Source: Candidatus Hebobacteria bacterium (GTDB lineage Bacteria > Armatimonadota > Hebobacteria > Hebobacterales > Hebobacteraceae). Taken from it: 46,585 bases of DNA. Under the pieces are notes generated by a model, which did not search any database, was not told where the DNA came from, and saw nothing but the letters and a program-made list of their open reading frames with translations. Positions within the stretch are counted from its first letter, which is position 1. The number at the start of each line of letters is the position of its first letter. Below, one piece after another: positions 8,679 to 16,698 of the stretch. Both the position numbers and the translations under genes were made by a program. The DNA is taken from positions 1-46,585 of the forward strand of contig JALGTG010000003.1 in NCBI GenBank assembly GCA_029821495.1, written 5' to 3'.

Positions 8679-9599
8679 ATGGAACCTGGGACGTCACTGG
8701 CTATTGGGGCCGGCGTAGTCATCTTCGCGCTGATCGTCATTGGGTCGGCCATCCGAATCGTTCCCGAGTATCAGCGGCTTGTCGTGCTCCGCCTCGGCCG
8801 TATCCTGGGCGCGAAGGGGCCGGGGCTGATCATTCTGATTCCGATCGTTGACCGGGGCATCAAGGCAGACCTGCGGGAGATCTACTTCGACGTGGAGCCA
8901 CAGGCGGCGATCACGAAGGACAACGCCTCCATCTCGGTGGACTTCTTCATCTACATGAAGGTCGTCGATCCGATAGCGAGCGTGATCCAGGTGCAGAACT
9001 TCTTTGGGGCTTCCAGAGGGATCGCGATCACAACCCTGCGCGCGGTGGTGGGGGAGATGATGCTCGATGAGGTGCTTGCCAAGCGAGAGGAGATCAACGA
9101 GGCGCTGCGGGTCAAGCTCGACGAGGTGACCAACCGGTGGGGCATCAAAGTGACCACGGTGGAGATCAGGGAGATCGTCCCGGCGCGCGACATCCAGGAG
9201 GCAATGACGCGGCAGATGTCGGCGGAGCGAGAGCGCCGCGCGGTCGTGCTGGAGGCTGAAGGCAAGCGGGAGGCGCAGATCACGGTGGCGGAGGGTGATC
9301 GGCAAGCGACGATTCTTCGGGCAGAGGGTGATAGGCAGGCGGCGATTCTGGAGGCGGAGGGCGGGCGGCAGGCGCAAATGCTGCAGGCGGAGGGTTACGC
9401 GGAGGCCCTGAATCGGATCTTCGCGGCGGCGAAGGGTGTGGACAGCAAGACCATGTCGCTCCAATACCTGGAGACGTTGAAAGACATCGGCAGCGGAGAG
9501 TCCACCAAGTTCGTGATCCCGATGGAGTTCACGCGACTTCTGCAGCCGTTCCTGGGCCACGCCGAACGCTCGATGGGGGATCGCGAGCAGCCCGGCTAG
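8679..9599 (+). CDS. SPFH/Band 7 (stomatin/prohibitin-like) membrane protein
   Basis: N-terminal TM helix, then IVPEYQRLVVLRLGRILGAKGPGLIILIPIVD ... TLRAVVGEMMLDEVLAKREEIN ... WGIKVTTVEIREI, followed by an Ala/Glu/Arg-rich coiled-coil tail. This is typical of QmcA/YbbK-type stomatins. Confidence 0.88.
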   Translation: MEPGTSLAIGAGVVIFALIVIGSAIRIVPEYQRLVVLRLGRILGAKGPGLIILIPIVDRGIKADLREIYFDVEPQAAITKDNASISVDFFIYMKVVDPIASVIQVQNFFGASRGIAITTLRAVVGEMMLDEVLAKREEINEALRVKLDEVTNRWGIKVTTVEIREIVPARDIQEAMTRQMSAERERRAVVLEAEGKREAQITVAEGDRQATILRAEGDRQAAILEAEGGRQAQMLQAEGYAEALNRIFAAAKGVDSKTMSLQYLETLKDIGSGESTKFVIPMEFTRLLQPFLGHAERSMGDREQPG

Positions 9600-9623
9600 G
9601 GCGCGCTCGCGCGGAACGCGAAG

Positions 9624-10997
9624 ATGCGTCATCGCCGGCCGCTGCTGGCTGTCGCCTACGCCGGGGCAGCGGCCGCGCTTTTGTTGTCCCACGGCATCTG
9701 TGTCGCCGGGGCCACGTCGAGGGAGCCAGAGCCAACCCCGATAATCTATCGGGCTCGTGTCCAGGGAGTAATCAACCCGTTCAGCGCGCGATATCTGGAG
9801 CGGGCGATCAGGGAGACGGAGCGGCAGGGCGCGGCGGCTCTGGTGCTGGAGCTGGACACGCCGGGGGGCCTGGATACGGCGATGCGCTCGATGATGAAGG
9901 CGATGCTGAACTCGCACGCGCCCGTGATCGTCTACGTTTCTCCGTCGGGGGCGCGCGCGGCCTCCGCGGGGATGTTCATCACCCTTGCCGCCCATATTGC
10001 CGCGATGGCGCCTGGGACGAATATTGGGGCCGCCCACCCGGTCAGTCTTACGGGCGCTAAGGGAGGCGACGAGACCGTCGGCAAGAAGGTCACAGAGGAT
10101 GCGGCTGCGACGGCGCGGGCGATAGCGGGGCATCGGGAGCGCAACGTGGAGTGGGCGGAGGCGGCTGTGAGGGAGAGCGTCTCCATTACGGAGACAGAGG
10201 CGAAAGAGAAGGGCGTGATCGAGATCATCGCGCGGGACCTGCAGGATCTGCTCGAGCAGGCCGATGGCCGGAAGGTGGATACTCCGGCCGGCGAGACCAT
10301 CCTTCGCTTGAAAGGCGGGCAGGTGAAGGAGGTGCCGATGTCATTCATCGAGAGCCTGCTGCACCTCATCGCGGAGCCGAACATCGCCTACATCCTGCTC
10401 AGCCTTGGCACGATTGGGCTGATGGTGGAGCTTTACCACCCCGGGTCCATCTTCCCGGGTGTGACGGGCGCGATTTGCCTGCTCCTCGGCTTCGCTTCCC
10501 TGGGGACGCTGCCGGTCGGCTGGGCAGGGGTCGGTCTCCTGGTGCTGGCGGTGGCGCTGCTGCTGGCCGAGCTCCATGCTCCGGGCTTTGGCGCGTTCGG
10601 GGTCGGCTCGCTGATCGCGTTCATACTGGGGTCGCTTCTGTTGTTCGTCCCGGTGACGCCAGTCTCGCCGGCGGCGCCGCGGGTGGGAGTGAGCTTGTGG
10701 CTCATAGGCACGATGACGGTGTTGTTCGCAGGCGTGTTCCTGCTAGTGGGGCAACGGGTTTGGTCGGCGCAGCGGCTGGCTATCCGGACCGGCTCGGCGG
10801 CGCTGGTGGGGAAGACGGCCGAGGTGGTGAGCCGGCTCGAGCCCCGAGGTACGGTGCGCATCGGCGGGGAGGCATGGTCGGCCCGCAGCGAAGGCGGAAC
10901 TGTCGAGGCCGGCACATCGGTCCTGGTGGACCGGGTGGATGGGATCGTGCTGGTCGTGCGTCCGGTTGGGGCAGAGGACACGGAGACAGAGCCTTAG
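9624..10997 (+). CDS. NfeD-family membrane-bound ClpP-class serine protease (long form)
   Basis: Signal/TM, then a ClpP-like domain (VLELDTPGGL ... SAGMFITLAAHIAAMAPGTNIGAAHP). Multiple TM helices follow, then a C-terminal OB-like NfeD domain (GKTAEVVSRLEPRGTVRIGGEAWSARSEG). Pairing with the SPFH gene is the classic operon. Confidence 0.85.
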   Translation: MRHRRPLLAVAYAGAAAALLLSHGICVAGATSREPEPTPIIYRARVQGVINPFSARYLERAIRETERQGAAALVLELDTPGGLDTAMRSMMKAMLNSHAPVIVYVSPSGARAASAGMFITLAAHIAAMAPGTNIGAAHPVSLTGAKGGDETVGKKVTEDAAATARAIAGHRERNVEWAEAAVRESVSITETEAKEKGVIEIIARDLQDLLEQADGRKVDTPAGETILRLKGGQVKEVPMSFIESLLHLIAEPNIAYILLSLGTIGLMVELYHPGSIFPGVTGAICLLLGFASLGTLPVGWAGVGLLVLAVALLLAELHAPGFGAFGVGSLIAFILGSLLLFVPVTPVSPAAPRVGVSLWLIGTMTVLFAGVFLLVGQRVWSAQRLAIRTGSAALVGKTAEVVSRLEPRGTVRIGGEAWSARSEGGTVEAGTSVLVDRVDGIVLVVRPVGAEDTETEP

Positions 10998-11023
10998 GGA
11001 ATGGACTGGGCGCGTCTGGGGCC

Positions 11024-11053
11024 TTGCGGGTAGGGTCTCGGCTGTGATAGACT
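11024..11053 (+). promoter_or_regulatory. Candidate promoter for the pheS leader
   Basis: TTGCGG (11024-11029), 18-nt spacer, TGa-TAGACT (extended -10, 11048-11053). Weaker match than the other promoters called here. Confidence 0.35.
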
Positions 11054-11077
11054 GCTGCTAACAGAGTTGGAGGAGGC

Positions 11078-11365
11078 TGAGAAGGGGAGAAGTAGGCGGG
11101 TTAGGTTTCCGGCAGAGAGGAGGCCTCTGAGGCTGGGAGGGCCTTCGGGAGACACCCCGTCGAAGTTCGCCCCGGAGCCGCGCCCTGAAAACTGCTTCAG
11201 GAAGGCCGGGCAGGTTGAGTGAACGTGTTGCGGCCGAAGGTGGCAGGAGGAGTAGGGAGCGCCGGCCGGTCCCCCGTTATCGGGATCAGAGTGGGCCGCC
11301 TCGGTCGGGACTGAGGCGGTCAACGAGGGTGGTACCGCGGGAGTCTACGGCTTTCGTCCCTGGCT
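11078..11365 (+). promoter_or_regulatory. T-box riboswitch leader upstream of pheS (candidate Phe UUC specifier)
   Basis: Exact T-box core GGGTGGTACCGCG at 11327-11339, followed by CTTTCGTCCCT (11351-11361). This is the antiterminator 3' strand as I recall it from the B. subtilis tyrS leader. F-box-like CCGTTA at 11274-11279, AGAGAG at 11114-11119, GA-rich K-turn-like tgagaaggggagaagta at 11078-11094, and GAAG-TTC-G at 11162-11169. It sits directly 5' of an aminoacyl-tRNA synthetase gene. Confidence 0.8.
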
Positions 11366-11428
11366 GTGGGCTTCCTTTCTTTTGGGAAGTCTGGGCGGAA
11401 TGGGTGGCCCTGTGAAACGAGGACCAAG

Positions 11429-12427
11429 ATGGCGGGCCTATCGGTAGAGCGAATCCGTGAGCTGGCAGAGGAGGCGGGAATGGAGATCGCGGGGGCGGGC
11501 TCATGGGATGAGCTGGATAAGGTGCGGGTTGCATACCTGGGACGGGCCGGGAAGCTGACGGCGGTGCTGCGGGGGATCGGGCAGCTTCCCCAGGAGGAGC
11601 GACCCGCGCTGGGGCGCGCGGGGAACGAGGCGCGCAAGGCCGTGGAGGAGGCACTGGCTGAGCGCCGGGACGAGATGGCCGCGCGGGATGTTGCTGCACA
11701 TGCCGCGGAGGCGCTGGACGTCACGCTGCCGGGCCGGGGGGTGGAGGTTGGGCATAGGCATCCGCTGATGATAACCCTCGAGAGGCTGCTCGACATCTTC
11801 GTGGGCCTGGAAATCTTCGTGGGTATGGGATACACGGTGGCGCAGGGACCCGAGGTGGAGTGGTGCACGCTGAACTGGACGGCCCTGAACTACCCGCCGG
11901 ATCACCCGGCGATGGACGAACAGGATAGCTTCTACGTGACAGATGAGATCATGCTCAGGACGCAGACCTCGACGGTGCAGATAAGAGCTATGCGAGCACA
12001 GCACGATGAGTCGTGCCCGGTTAGGTCGCTGGACTGGCGATTCCCGCCGCGAGAGGTGCTCGGACACTGCCAGTGCACGCCGAGGCCGACGCGGGTCGTG
12101 GCGCCCGGGCGGACGTATCGGAGAGAGAGCGTGACGCTGACGCACAGCGATATCTTCCACCAGTTGGAGGGGCTGGTGGTAGACGAGGGAATAACGTTCG
12201 CCGACCTGAAGGGGACACTGACAGCCTTCTTGCGGGCATACCTGGGGGCCGAGACGAAGGTGCGCATCCGGCCCGACTTCTTCCCGTTCACGGAACCGAG
12301 CGCGGATTTCTCGGTGAACTGCGAGCTGTGTCATGGCCGAGGCTGCCGGTTCTGCAAGGAGAGCGGGTGGGTTGAGATCGGCGGGTCGGGGATGGTACAC
12401 CCGAACGTGCTGATTGCCGGGGGATAG
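11429..12427 (+). CDS. pheS: Phenylalanine--tRNA ligase alpha subunit, main frame (terminated prematurely by a frameshift)
   Basis: [16 protein letters not shown]... [13 protein letters not shown] ... [14 protein letters not shown] ... [13 protein letters not shown] ... [11 protein letters not shown] ... [22 protein letters not shown] ... [16 protein letters not shown] ... [19 protein letters not shown] 11429 has a GAGGA SD. The frame stops at TAG 12425-12427, where homologs continue with GIDP. Confidence 0.9.
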   Translation: MAGLSVERIRELAEEAGMEIAGAGSWDELDKVRVAYLGRAGKLTAVLRGIGQLPQEERPALGRAGNEARKAVEEALAERRDEMAARDVAAHAAEALDVTLPGRGVEVGHRHPLMITLERLLDIFVGLEIFVGMGYTVAQGPEVEWCTLNWTALNYPPDHPAMDEQDSFYVTDEIMLRTQTSTVQIRAMRAQHDESCPVRSLDWRFPPREVLGHCQCTPRPTRVVAPGRTYRRESVTLTHSDIFHQLEGLVVDEGITFADLKGTLTAFLRAYLGAETKVRIRPDFFPFTEPSADFSVNCELCHGRGCRFCKESGWVEIGGSGMVHPNVLIAGG

Positions 12428-12552
12428 ACCCGGACCGGGTGAGTGGGCTCGCCTTCGGGTTCGGGGTCGAGCGCATCGCGCAACGCAGATTCGGGATCGA
12501 GCACATTCGCACTCTGTACGAAAATGACATGCGCTTCCTGCGCCAGTTCTAG
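12421..12552 (+). pseudogene. pheS: pheS C-terminal segment in the -1 frame
   Basis: Hand translation from 12421 gives [43 protein letters not shown]. This is the canonical PheS C-terminus. It joins the main frame if the G5 run at 12419-12423 is read as G6. Confidence 0.85.
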
Positions 12553-12553
12553 T

Positions 12554-13357
12554 GTGAAGGATGCCCTGGCCGCGCAGTACGATGGCATCGCGGAGCTGTA
12601 CGACGGCTACCCGGGCAACTACCTGGAGGATGTCCTCTTCTTCGTGGGGGAGGCGAAGGAGATCGGCTCGCCAGTGTTGGAGGTGGGTGTGGGGACGGGA
12701 CGGCTCGCGCTCTGCCTGGCAGCGGCGGGGCTGGATGTCGTGGGCATCGACAGCTCGGCGGCGATGCTCCGGGTGCTGGCGCGGAAGCGCGACGGCATTG
12801 CGGAACTGGCGGGCCGAGTGCGGGCGGTGGCGGCGGACATGCGCGCGTTTGCGCTGCGGAGGCGCTTCGGGATGGCGATCGTGGCGTTCCGGACGTTCCT
12901 CTACATGCTTACACGCTCGGATCAGCGCCGGGCGCTGCGCGCCATCCGGCGGCACCTGCGACCCGGCGGGAGGCTGGTGATGAGCTTCTTCGTCCCCCCG
13001 GGGGAGTTGATTGCCAAGGGCAGGACGGAGCGGGGCGAGATGACGCGCTTTGCGGCGCCGGACGGGGAGGGCGAAGTTGCGGCCTACGACTGGACGGAGT
13101 TCGTGCCGCGTTGGCAGCGTGTGGTTTCGCACATCACCTATGAGTGGTCGGACGGGCGGGGGCGGGAGGCGCGCCGGCTCGACCGTGAGCTTGTGGCGCG
13201 GTACGTGTTCCCGGGGGAGGTTCCGACGCTGCTCGAGAACTGCGGGTACAGGGTGGTGGCGGCCTACGGTGACTTCGACCGGCGGCCGCTTGGGGAGGAA
13301 TCCCGCGAGCAGATCTGGGTCGCGGAACGAGGACATGGACGAGAGCGAGAACTATGA
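12554..13357 (+). CDS. Class I SAM-dependent methyltransferase
   Basis: Motif I VLEVGVGTGRLALCLAAAGLDVVGIDSS, post-I/II AADMRAF, motif III-like LRPGGRLVMSF. GTG 12554 follows the true pheS stop (12550-12552). The ORF-track start 12443 would overlap the pheS C-terminus. The stop overlaps the pheT start (ATGA at 13354-13357). Confidence 0.8.
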   Translation: MKDALAAQYDGIAELYDGYPGNYLEDVLFFVGEAKEIGSPVLEVGVGTGRLALCLAAAGLDVVGIDSSAAMLRVLARKRDGIAELAGRVRAVAADMRAFALRRRFGMAIVAFRTFLYMLTRSDQRRALRAIRRHLRPGGRLVMSFFVPPGELIAKGRTERGEMTRFAAPDGEGEVAAYDWTEFVPRWQRVVSHITYEWSDGRGREARRLDRELVARYVFPGEVPTLLENCGYRVVAAYGDFDRRPLGEESREQIWVAERGHGREREL

Positions 13358-15444
13358 GGCTACCGGTTGACTGGCTGAACGAGTATGTCCCGAACAACCT
13401 ATCGGTCCGCGAGCTTGCGTATGTGCTGACGAACGTGGGACTCGAGGTAGAGGCGATCGAGGGTGCGGCCGGGGGGACCGTGCTCGAGATCAAGGTGACG
13501 CCCAATCGGGGCGATTGTCTGTCGATGCTCGGCGTGGCGCGGGAGCTGGCGATGGCGCTGAAGGTGGAGGCGCGCGATCGCGAGCCGGAAGTGGCCGAGT
13601 CGGGGCCGGCGGCGAGCAGTCTGGTGAGCGTGGTGCTGGACGACCCTGAGCTGTGTCCGCGGTACTCGGCTCGGGTCGTGCGCAAGGTGAAGATCGGTCC
13701 TTCGCCCGAATGGGCGCAGCAGCGTTTGGCGCGCTGCGGACTGCGGCCGATCAACAATGTGGTGGACGCGACTAACCTGGTGATGGTGGAGCTGGGGCAG
13801 CCGCTGCACGCGTTCGACCACAAGCTGGTTAGCTGCCCACCCGGCGAGCAAGTTCCGGAGATCATTGTGCGGCGCGCGGCGTCTGGCGAGCGGCTTGTCA
13901 CGATAGACGATGAGGAGCACGAGCTGACGCGGGACATGCTGGTGATCGCCGACCCGAGGGGGCCGATTGCGCTGGCCGGGATAATGGGTGGCACGTCAAC
14001 GGAGATCCACGGCGGCACGAGCGAAGTGCTGCTGGAATCCGCGCACTTCCATCCGGGGACGATCCGGCGGGGAGCACGGGCGCTGGGTGTGAGCACCGAG
14101 GCGTCTTACCGGTTCGAGAGGACGGTTGACCCCGGCGGGACGATACGAGCTCTGGATCGGGCATGTGAGCTGATCGCTGAGTTCTGCGAAGGCCCCGTAG
14201 AGGTGGCGGCCGGGGTCGTGGACGCCTACCCCAATCCCGTGTGCGAGGCCGAGCTCGCGCTTCGCCCGGAGCGCGCCAATGCTCTGCTGGGGCTCGATTT
14301 GAGTTCCGCGGAGATGGCGGCCGGTCTGCGACGGCTGAAGCTGGAGGTGCAGGAGGGGGAGGTGCTGCGGGTGCGTGTTCCGACCTTTCGTCAGGACCTG
14401 AAGGAGGAGATCGACCTGGTCGAGGAGGTGGCGCGGGCGCACGGTTACGAGCAGATCCCGGAGACACTGCCCGGGGCGAGCACGGGAGTCGGCGGCTTGC
14501 CTGCCGATCTGGCGTTCGAGCGTCAGGTGCGTCACCTGATGCAGGGGATGGGGCTGAGCGAAGCGGTGACGTCGAGCCTGGAGTCGTTGGAGGCGCCAGC
14601 GCGCCTGCGGCTGCCGGAGGCGGACCCGCTGCTTCGTGCGGTGGTGGTGAGCAACGCGAAGACGACTGACCGCTCTCAGCTGCGCACGACGCTGCTCACG
14701 TCTTTGCTCGACGTAGTCGCGGGCAACCGGCGGCGAGGCGTGTCGGACGTGGGCATCTTCGATCTGGGCCGGGTGTATCGGCCGAGGGGAGCAGGAGAGC
14801 TGCCGGAGGAACCTCAGCACGTGGGCATCGCCGGGACCGGGGTTATGACCAGGGCTCGTTGGGCAGTTCCGGAGGGATATGCCGAGTGGGACTTCTATGC
14901 TCTGAAGGGCGCAGTTGAGAACTTGGTGTTGGGAGTCACTCGCGCTTCGGCCGAGTTCGCGCCCGAGTCGCATCCGTCACTGGTAGCGGGACGCGCGGCA
15001 CGCGCGAGTATAGACGGAGAGGAGATCGGCTATCTGGGCGAGGTGCGGGAGGACGTGCGCGGCGGCTACGATCTTCCCGACCCGGTCTTCGTTGCGGAGC
15101 TCGATCTCGACGCGCTGCGCAGACTTGCCAGGGAGGAGCCGCGATACAGGCCGGTGAGCCGTTTCCCGGCGCTGACCCGCGACATCGCCTTCGTGGTCGC
15201 CGCCGACGTGCCCGCAGGGCGGGCAGAGGGCTTGATCAAGCAGAGCGGCGGGGATGATCTCGAATCCGTGTCCCTGTTCGACGCGTACGAAGGGCGGCCG
15301 GTGCCGGAGGGGCACCGCAGTCTGGCATTCTCGCTGACCTTCCGGCGCGCCGATCGGACGCTGGCCGACGAGGAGGTGGCGGCGGCTATGGAGCGGATTC
15401 GGTCGAGTCTGACGGAAGCGCTTGGTGCGCGCCTGCGCGAGTGA
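13354..15444 (+). CDS. pheT: Phenylalanine--tRNA ligase beta subunit (short form, lacks the N-terminal OB-fold tRNA-binding domain)
   Basis: MRLPVDWLNEYV...NVGLEVEAIEG runs straight into LEIKVTPNRGDCLSMLGVARELA. The B3/4 domain is present (CPRYSARVV...SPEWAQQRLARCGLRPINNVVDATNLVMVELGQPLHAFD), as is the B5 region. The C-terminal FDX-ACB-like domain is present (SRFPALTRDIAFVV...SLFDAYEG...SLAFSLTFR). Confidence 0.92.
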   Translation: MRLPVDWLNEYVPNNLSVRELAYVLTNVGLEVEAIEGAAGGTVLEIKVTPNRGDCLSMLGVARELAMALKVEARDREPEVAESGPAASSLVSVVLDDPELCPRYSARVVRKVKIGPSPEWAQQRLARCGLRPINNVVDATNLVMVELGQPLHAFDHKLVSCPPGEQVPEIIVRRAASGERLVTIDDEEHELTRDMLVIADPRGPIALAGIMGGTSTEIHGGTSEVLLESAHFHPGTIRRGARALGVSTEASYRFERTVDPGGTIRALDRACELIAEFCEGPVEVAAGVVDAYPNPVCEAELALRPERANALLGLDLSSAEMAAGLRRLKLEVQEGEVLRVRVPTFRQDLKEEIDLVEEVARAHGYEQIPETLPGASTGVGGLPADLAFERQVRHLMQGMGLSEAVTSSLESLEAPARLRLPEADPLLRAVVVSNAKTTDRSQLRTTLLTSLLDVVAGNRRRGVSDVGIFDLGRVYRPRGAGELPEEPQHVGIAGTGVMTRARWAVPEGYAEWDFYALKGAVENLVLGVTRASAEFAPESHPSLVAGRAARASIDGEEIGYLGEVREDVRGGYDLPDPVFVAELDLDALRRLAREEPRYRPVSRFPALTRDIAFVVAADVPAGRAEGLIKQSGGDDLESVSLFDAYEGRPVPEGHRSLAFSLTFRRADRTLADEEVAAAMERIRSSLTEALGARLRE

Positions 15445-15463
15445 AGGGCGCGCGGAGCCAGCC

Positions 15464-16222
15464 GTGCCGGAGTACGATCCGCAGGTCGACTACTACGAAG
15501 TCCTTCAGGTGCATCCGCGGGCCAGGCTCGCGGTGATCAGGGCGGCTCATCGCGTCATACTGAGGGAGCTGCGCGCCCACCCGGACCTCGGGGGCCGCGA
15601 GGACTTCGCCAAGCTGTTGAACGAGGCCTATCGCGTACTCAGCGATCGGGGGCTGAGGGCGGAGTACGACGGCGCCCGGTTGCTGGCGGCGACTCGCACG
15701 AAGGATCGGGGCGGGGCGGTGCAGGTTGTCCCCTGTCCTCACTGCGGAGAAGCGACCCCGCTGCCGCTCGGGACCGATCTGCGGCGCGCTCAGTGCTCGT
15801 CGTGTGGAGCGGCACTTCACGTCGAGGCCTCTGCGCCCAAGCCGGAATCGAAGGAGCCGAGGGAGAACGTCTTTCGTTTGGGGCGAGACGAGTATGAGCG
15901 CTTGCGCCGGGACAGCCAACTCGACTGCCGACCGGAGCAGGTGTCCGCCGCGGAGACCCTTCGCTGCCGATTCTGCGGGAACGACTGGGTGGCAAAGAGC
16001 GCGGGCAGACCTCTTCGCATCTGCCCGACGTGCGACCGCGGTGGGTGGCACACGTTTCGCGTGCTCAAGTGCCGTGTATGCGGCCACGAGTGGCGCTCAT
16101 CGCGGCTGAGCGGATGGGCGTACCGAGACCATCCACGCTGTCCGAACTGTGCGGCGGCGCGCTGGAACAGCTACTGCGAATCACATCTGCTTTCGTGGCT
16201 CGTGGGGCTGGTGCGGCGCTGA
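15464..16222 (+). CDS. J-domain protein with three CxxC...CxxC zinc-ribbon-like modules
   Basis: J domain YYEVLQVHPRARLAVIRAAHRVILRELRAHPDLGG...LNEAYRVLSD with HPD. Then CPHCG..CSSCG, CRFCG..CPTCD, CRVCG..CPNC. GTG 15464 was chosen as start to avoid overlap with pheT; the ORF-track start is 15422. Confidence 0.7.
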   Translation: MPEYDPQVDYYEVLQVHPRARLAVIRAAHRVILRELRAHPDLGGREDFAKLLNEAYRVLSDRGLRAEYDGARLLAATRTKDRGGAVQVVPCPHCGEATPLPLGTDLRRAQCSSCGAALHVEASAPKPESKEPRENVFRLGRDEYERLRRDSQLDCRPEQVSAAETLRCRFCGNDWVAKSAGRPLRICPTCDRGGWHTFRVLKCRVCGHEWRSSRLSGWAYRDHPRCPNCAAARWNSYCESHLLSWLVGLVRR

Positions 16223-16232
16223 AGGCCCTCGT

Positions 16233-16442
16233 CTAGTCTTCTTCTTCGCTCTCGGACTGCTCGGAGCGGTGCAAGAAGGCGCGGCCGCGCTCGGAGGCGG
16301 CCTCCTTGAGAGTGCGCGCCTTCCGCAGGACGCGGTCGCGAGTCTCTTCGCCAGGGTCTGGAGCGAACAGGAGCCCGAGCGACGCTCCGATCAGCGCTCC
16401 GACGAATACTCCAGCCAGGAAGTCTCCGGTGTTCATACTCAT
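16233..16442 (-). CDS. YtxH-domain small membrane protein
   Basis: MSMNTGDFLAGVFVGALIGASLGLLFAPDPGEETRDRV... matches the YtxH signature (Gly-zipper TM, then APxxGxETR). GGAGGG SD upstream of ATG 16442. The longer ORF-track version (to 16784) is Arg/Pro-rich and was rejected. Confidence 0.75.
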   Translation of the reverse strand: MSMNTGDFLAGVFVGALIGASLGLLFAPDPGEETRDRVLRKARTLKEAASERGRAFLHRSEQSESEEED

Positions 16443-16487
16443 GCTGGTCGGCCCTCCGATGTGTTCGAGGCCTAGCGGCCCATGGGG

Positions 16488-16517
16488 ATTGTAGCCAGGT
16501 CCGGACACCCCCGTCAA
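16488..16517 (-). promoter_or_regulatory. Sigma70-type promoter for ytxH (minus strand)
   Basis: On the minus strand: TTGACG (16517-16512), 18-nt spacer, TACAAT (16493-16488). Confidence 0.5.
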
Positions 16518-16669
16518 GGGATATGGGCAAGGCAGATCCGGATGCTTGCGAGCGCTCTCGGAGGCCCGGGATGCGGCGCTTGCACGTGCGTGGGGCGATT
16601 CCGGCGCCAGGTGGTGGCGCGCCCCGCGACTGGGGGACTGAGGCGTGGGCGCCGCTGGTGGGACGCAGC

Positions 16670-16698
16670 TTGACATGGCCGGGCGCTTGTGATATTTT
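16670..16698 (+). promoter_or_regulatory. Sigma70-type extended -10 promoter facing the hydrogenase operon
   Basis: TTGACA (16670-16675), 17-nt spacer ending in TGa, TATTTT (16693-16698). It lies ~480 nt upstream of the first operon gene. Confidence 0.55.

Noticed and set aside
8679-10997. SPFH plus NfeD pair as a candidate novel system
   Set aside because: This is the widespread, well-described stomatin/NfeD (STOPP-type) operon. Nothing atypical was seen.
11501-13336. 611-aa minus-strand ORF antisense to pheS and the methyltransferase
   Set aside because: Arg/Pro/His-rich with no recognisable motifs. The opposite strand carries clear PheS and SAM-MTase signatures.
16552-16566. GGCCUCCGAG on the minus strand, resembling the 5' conserved block of the Moco riboswitch as I remember it
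   Set aside because: It lies upstream of the minus-strand promoter and on the wrong strand for the molybdoenzyme operon. No other Moco-motif elements were recognisable. Listed only as something for cmscan to settle.
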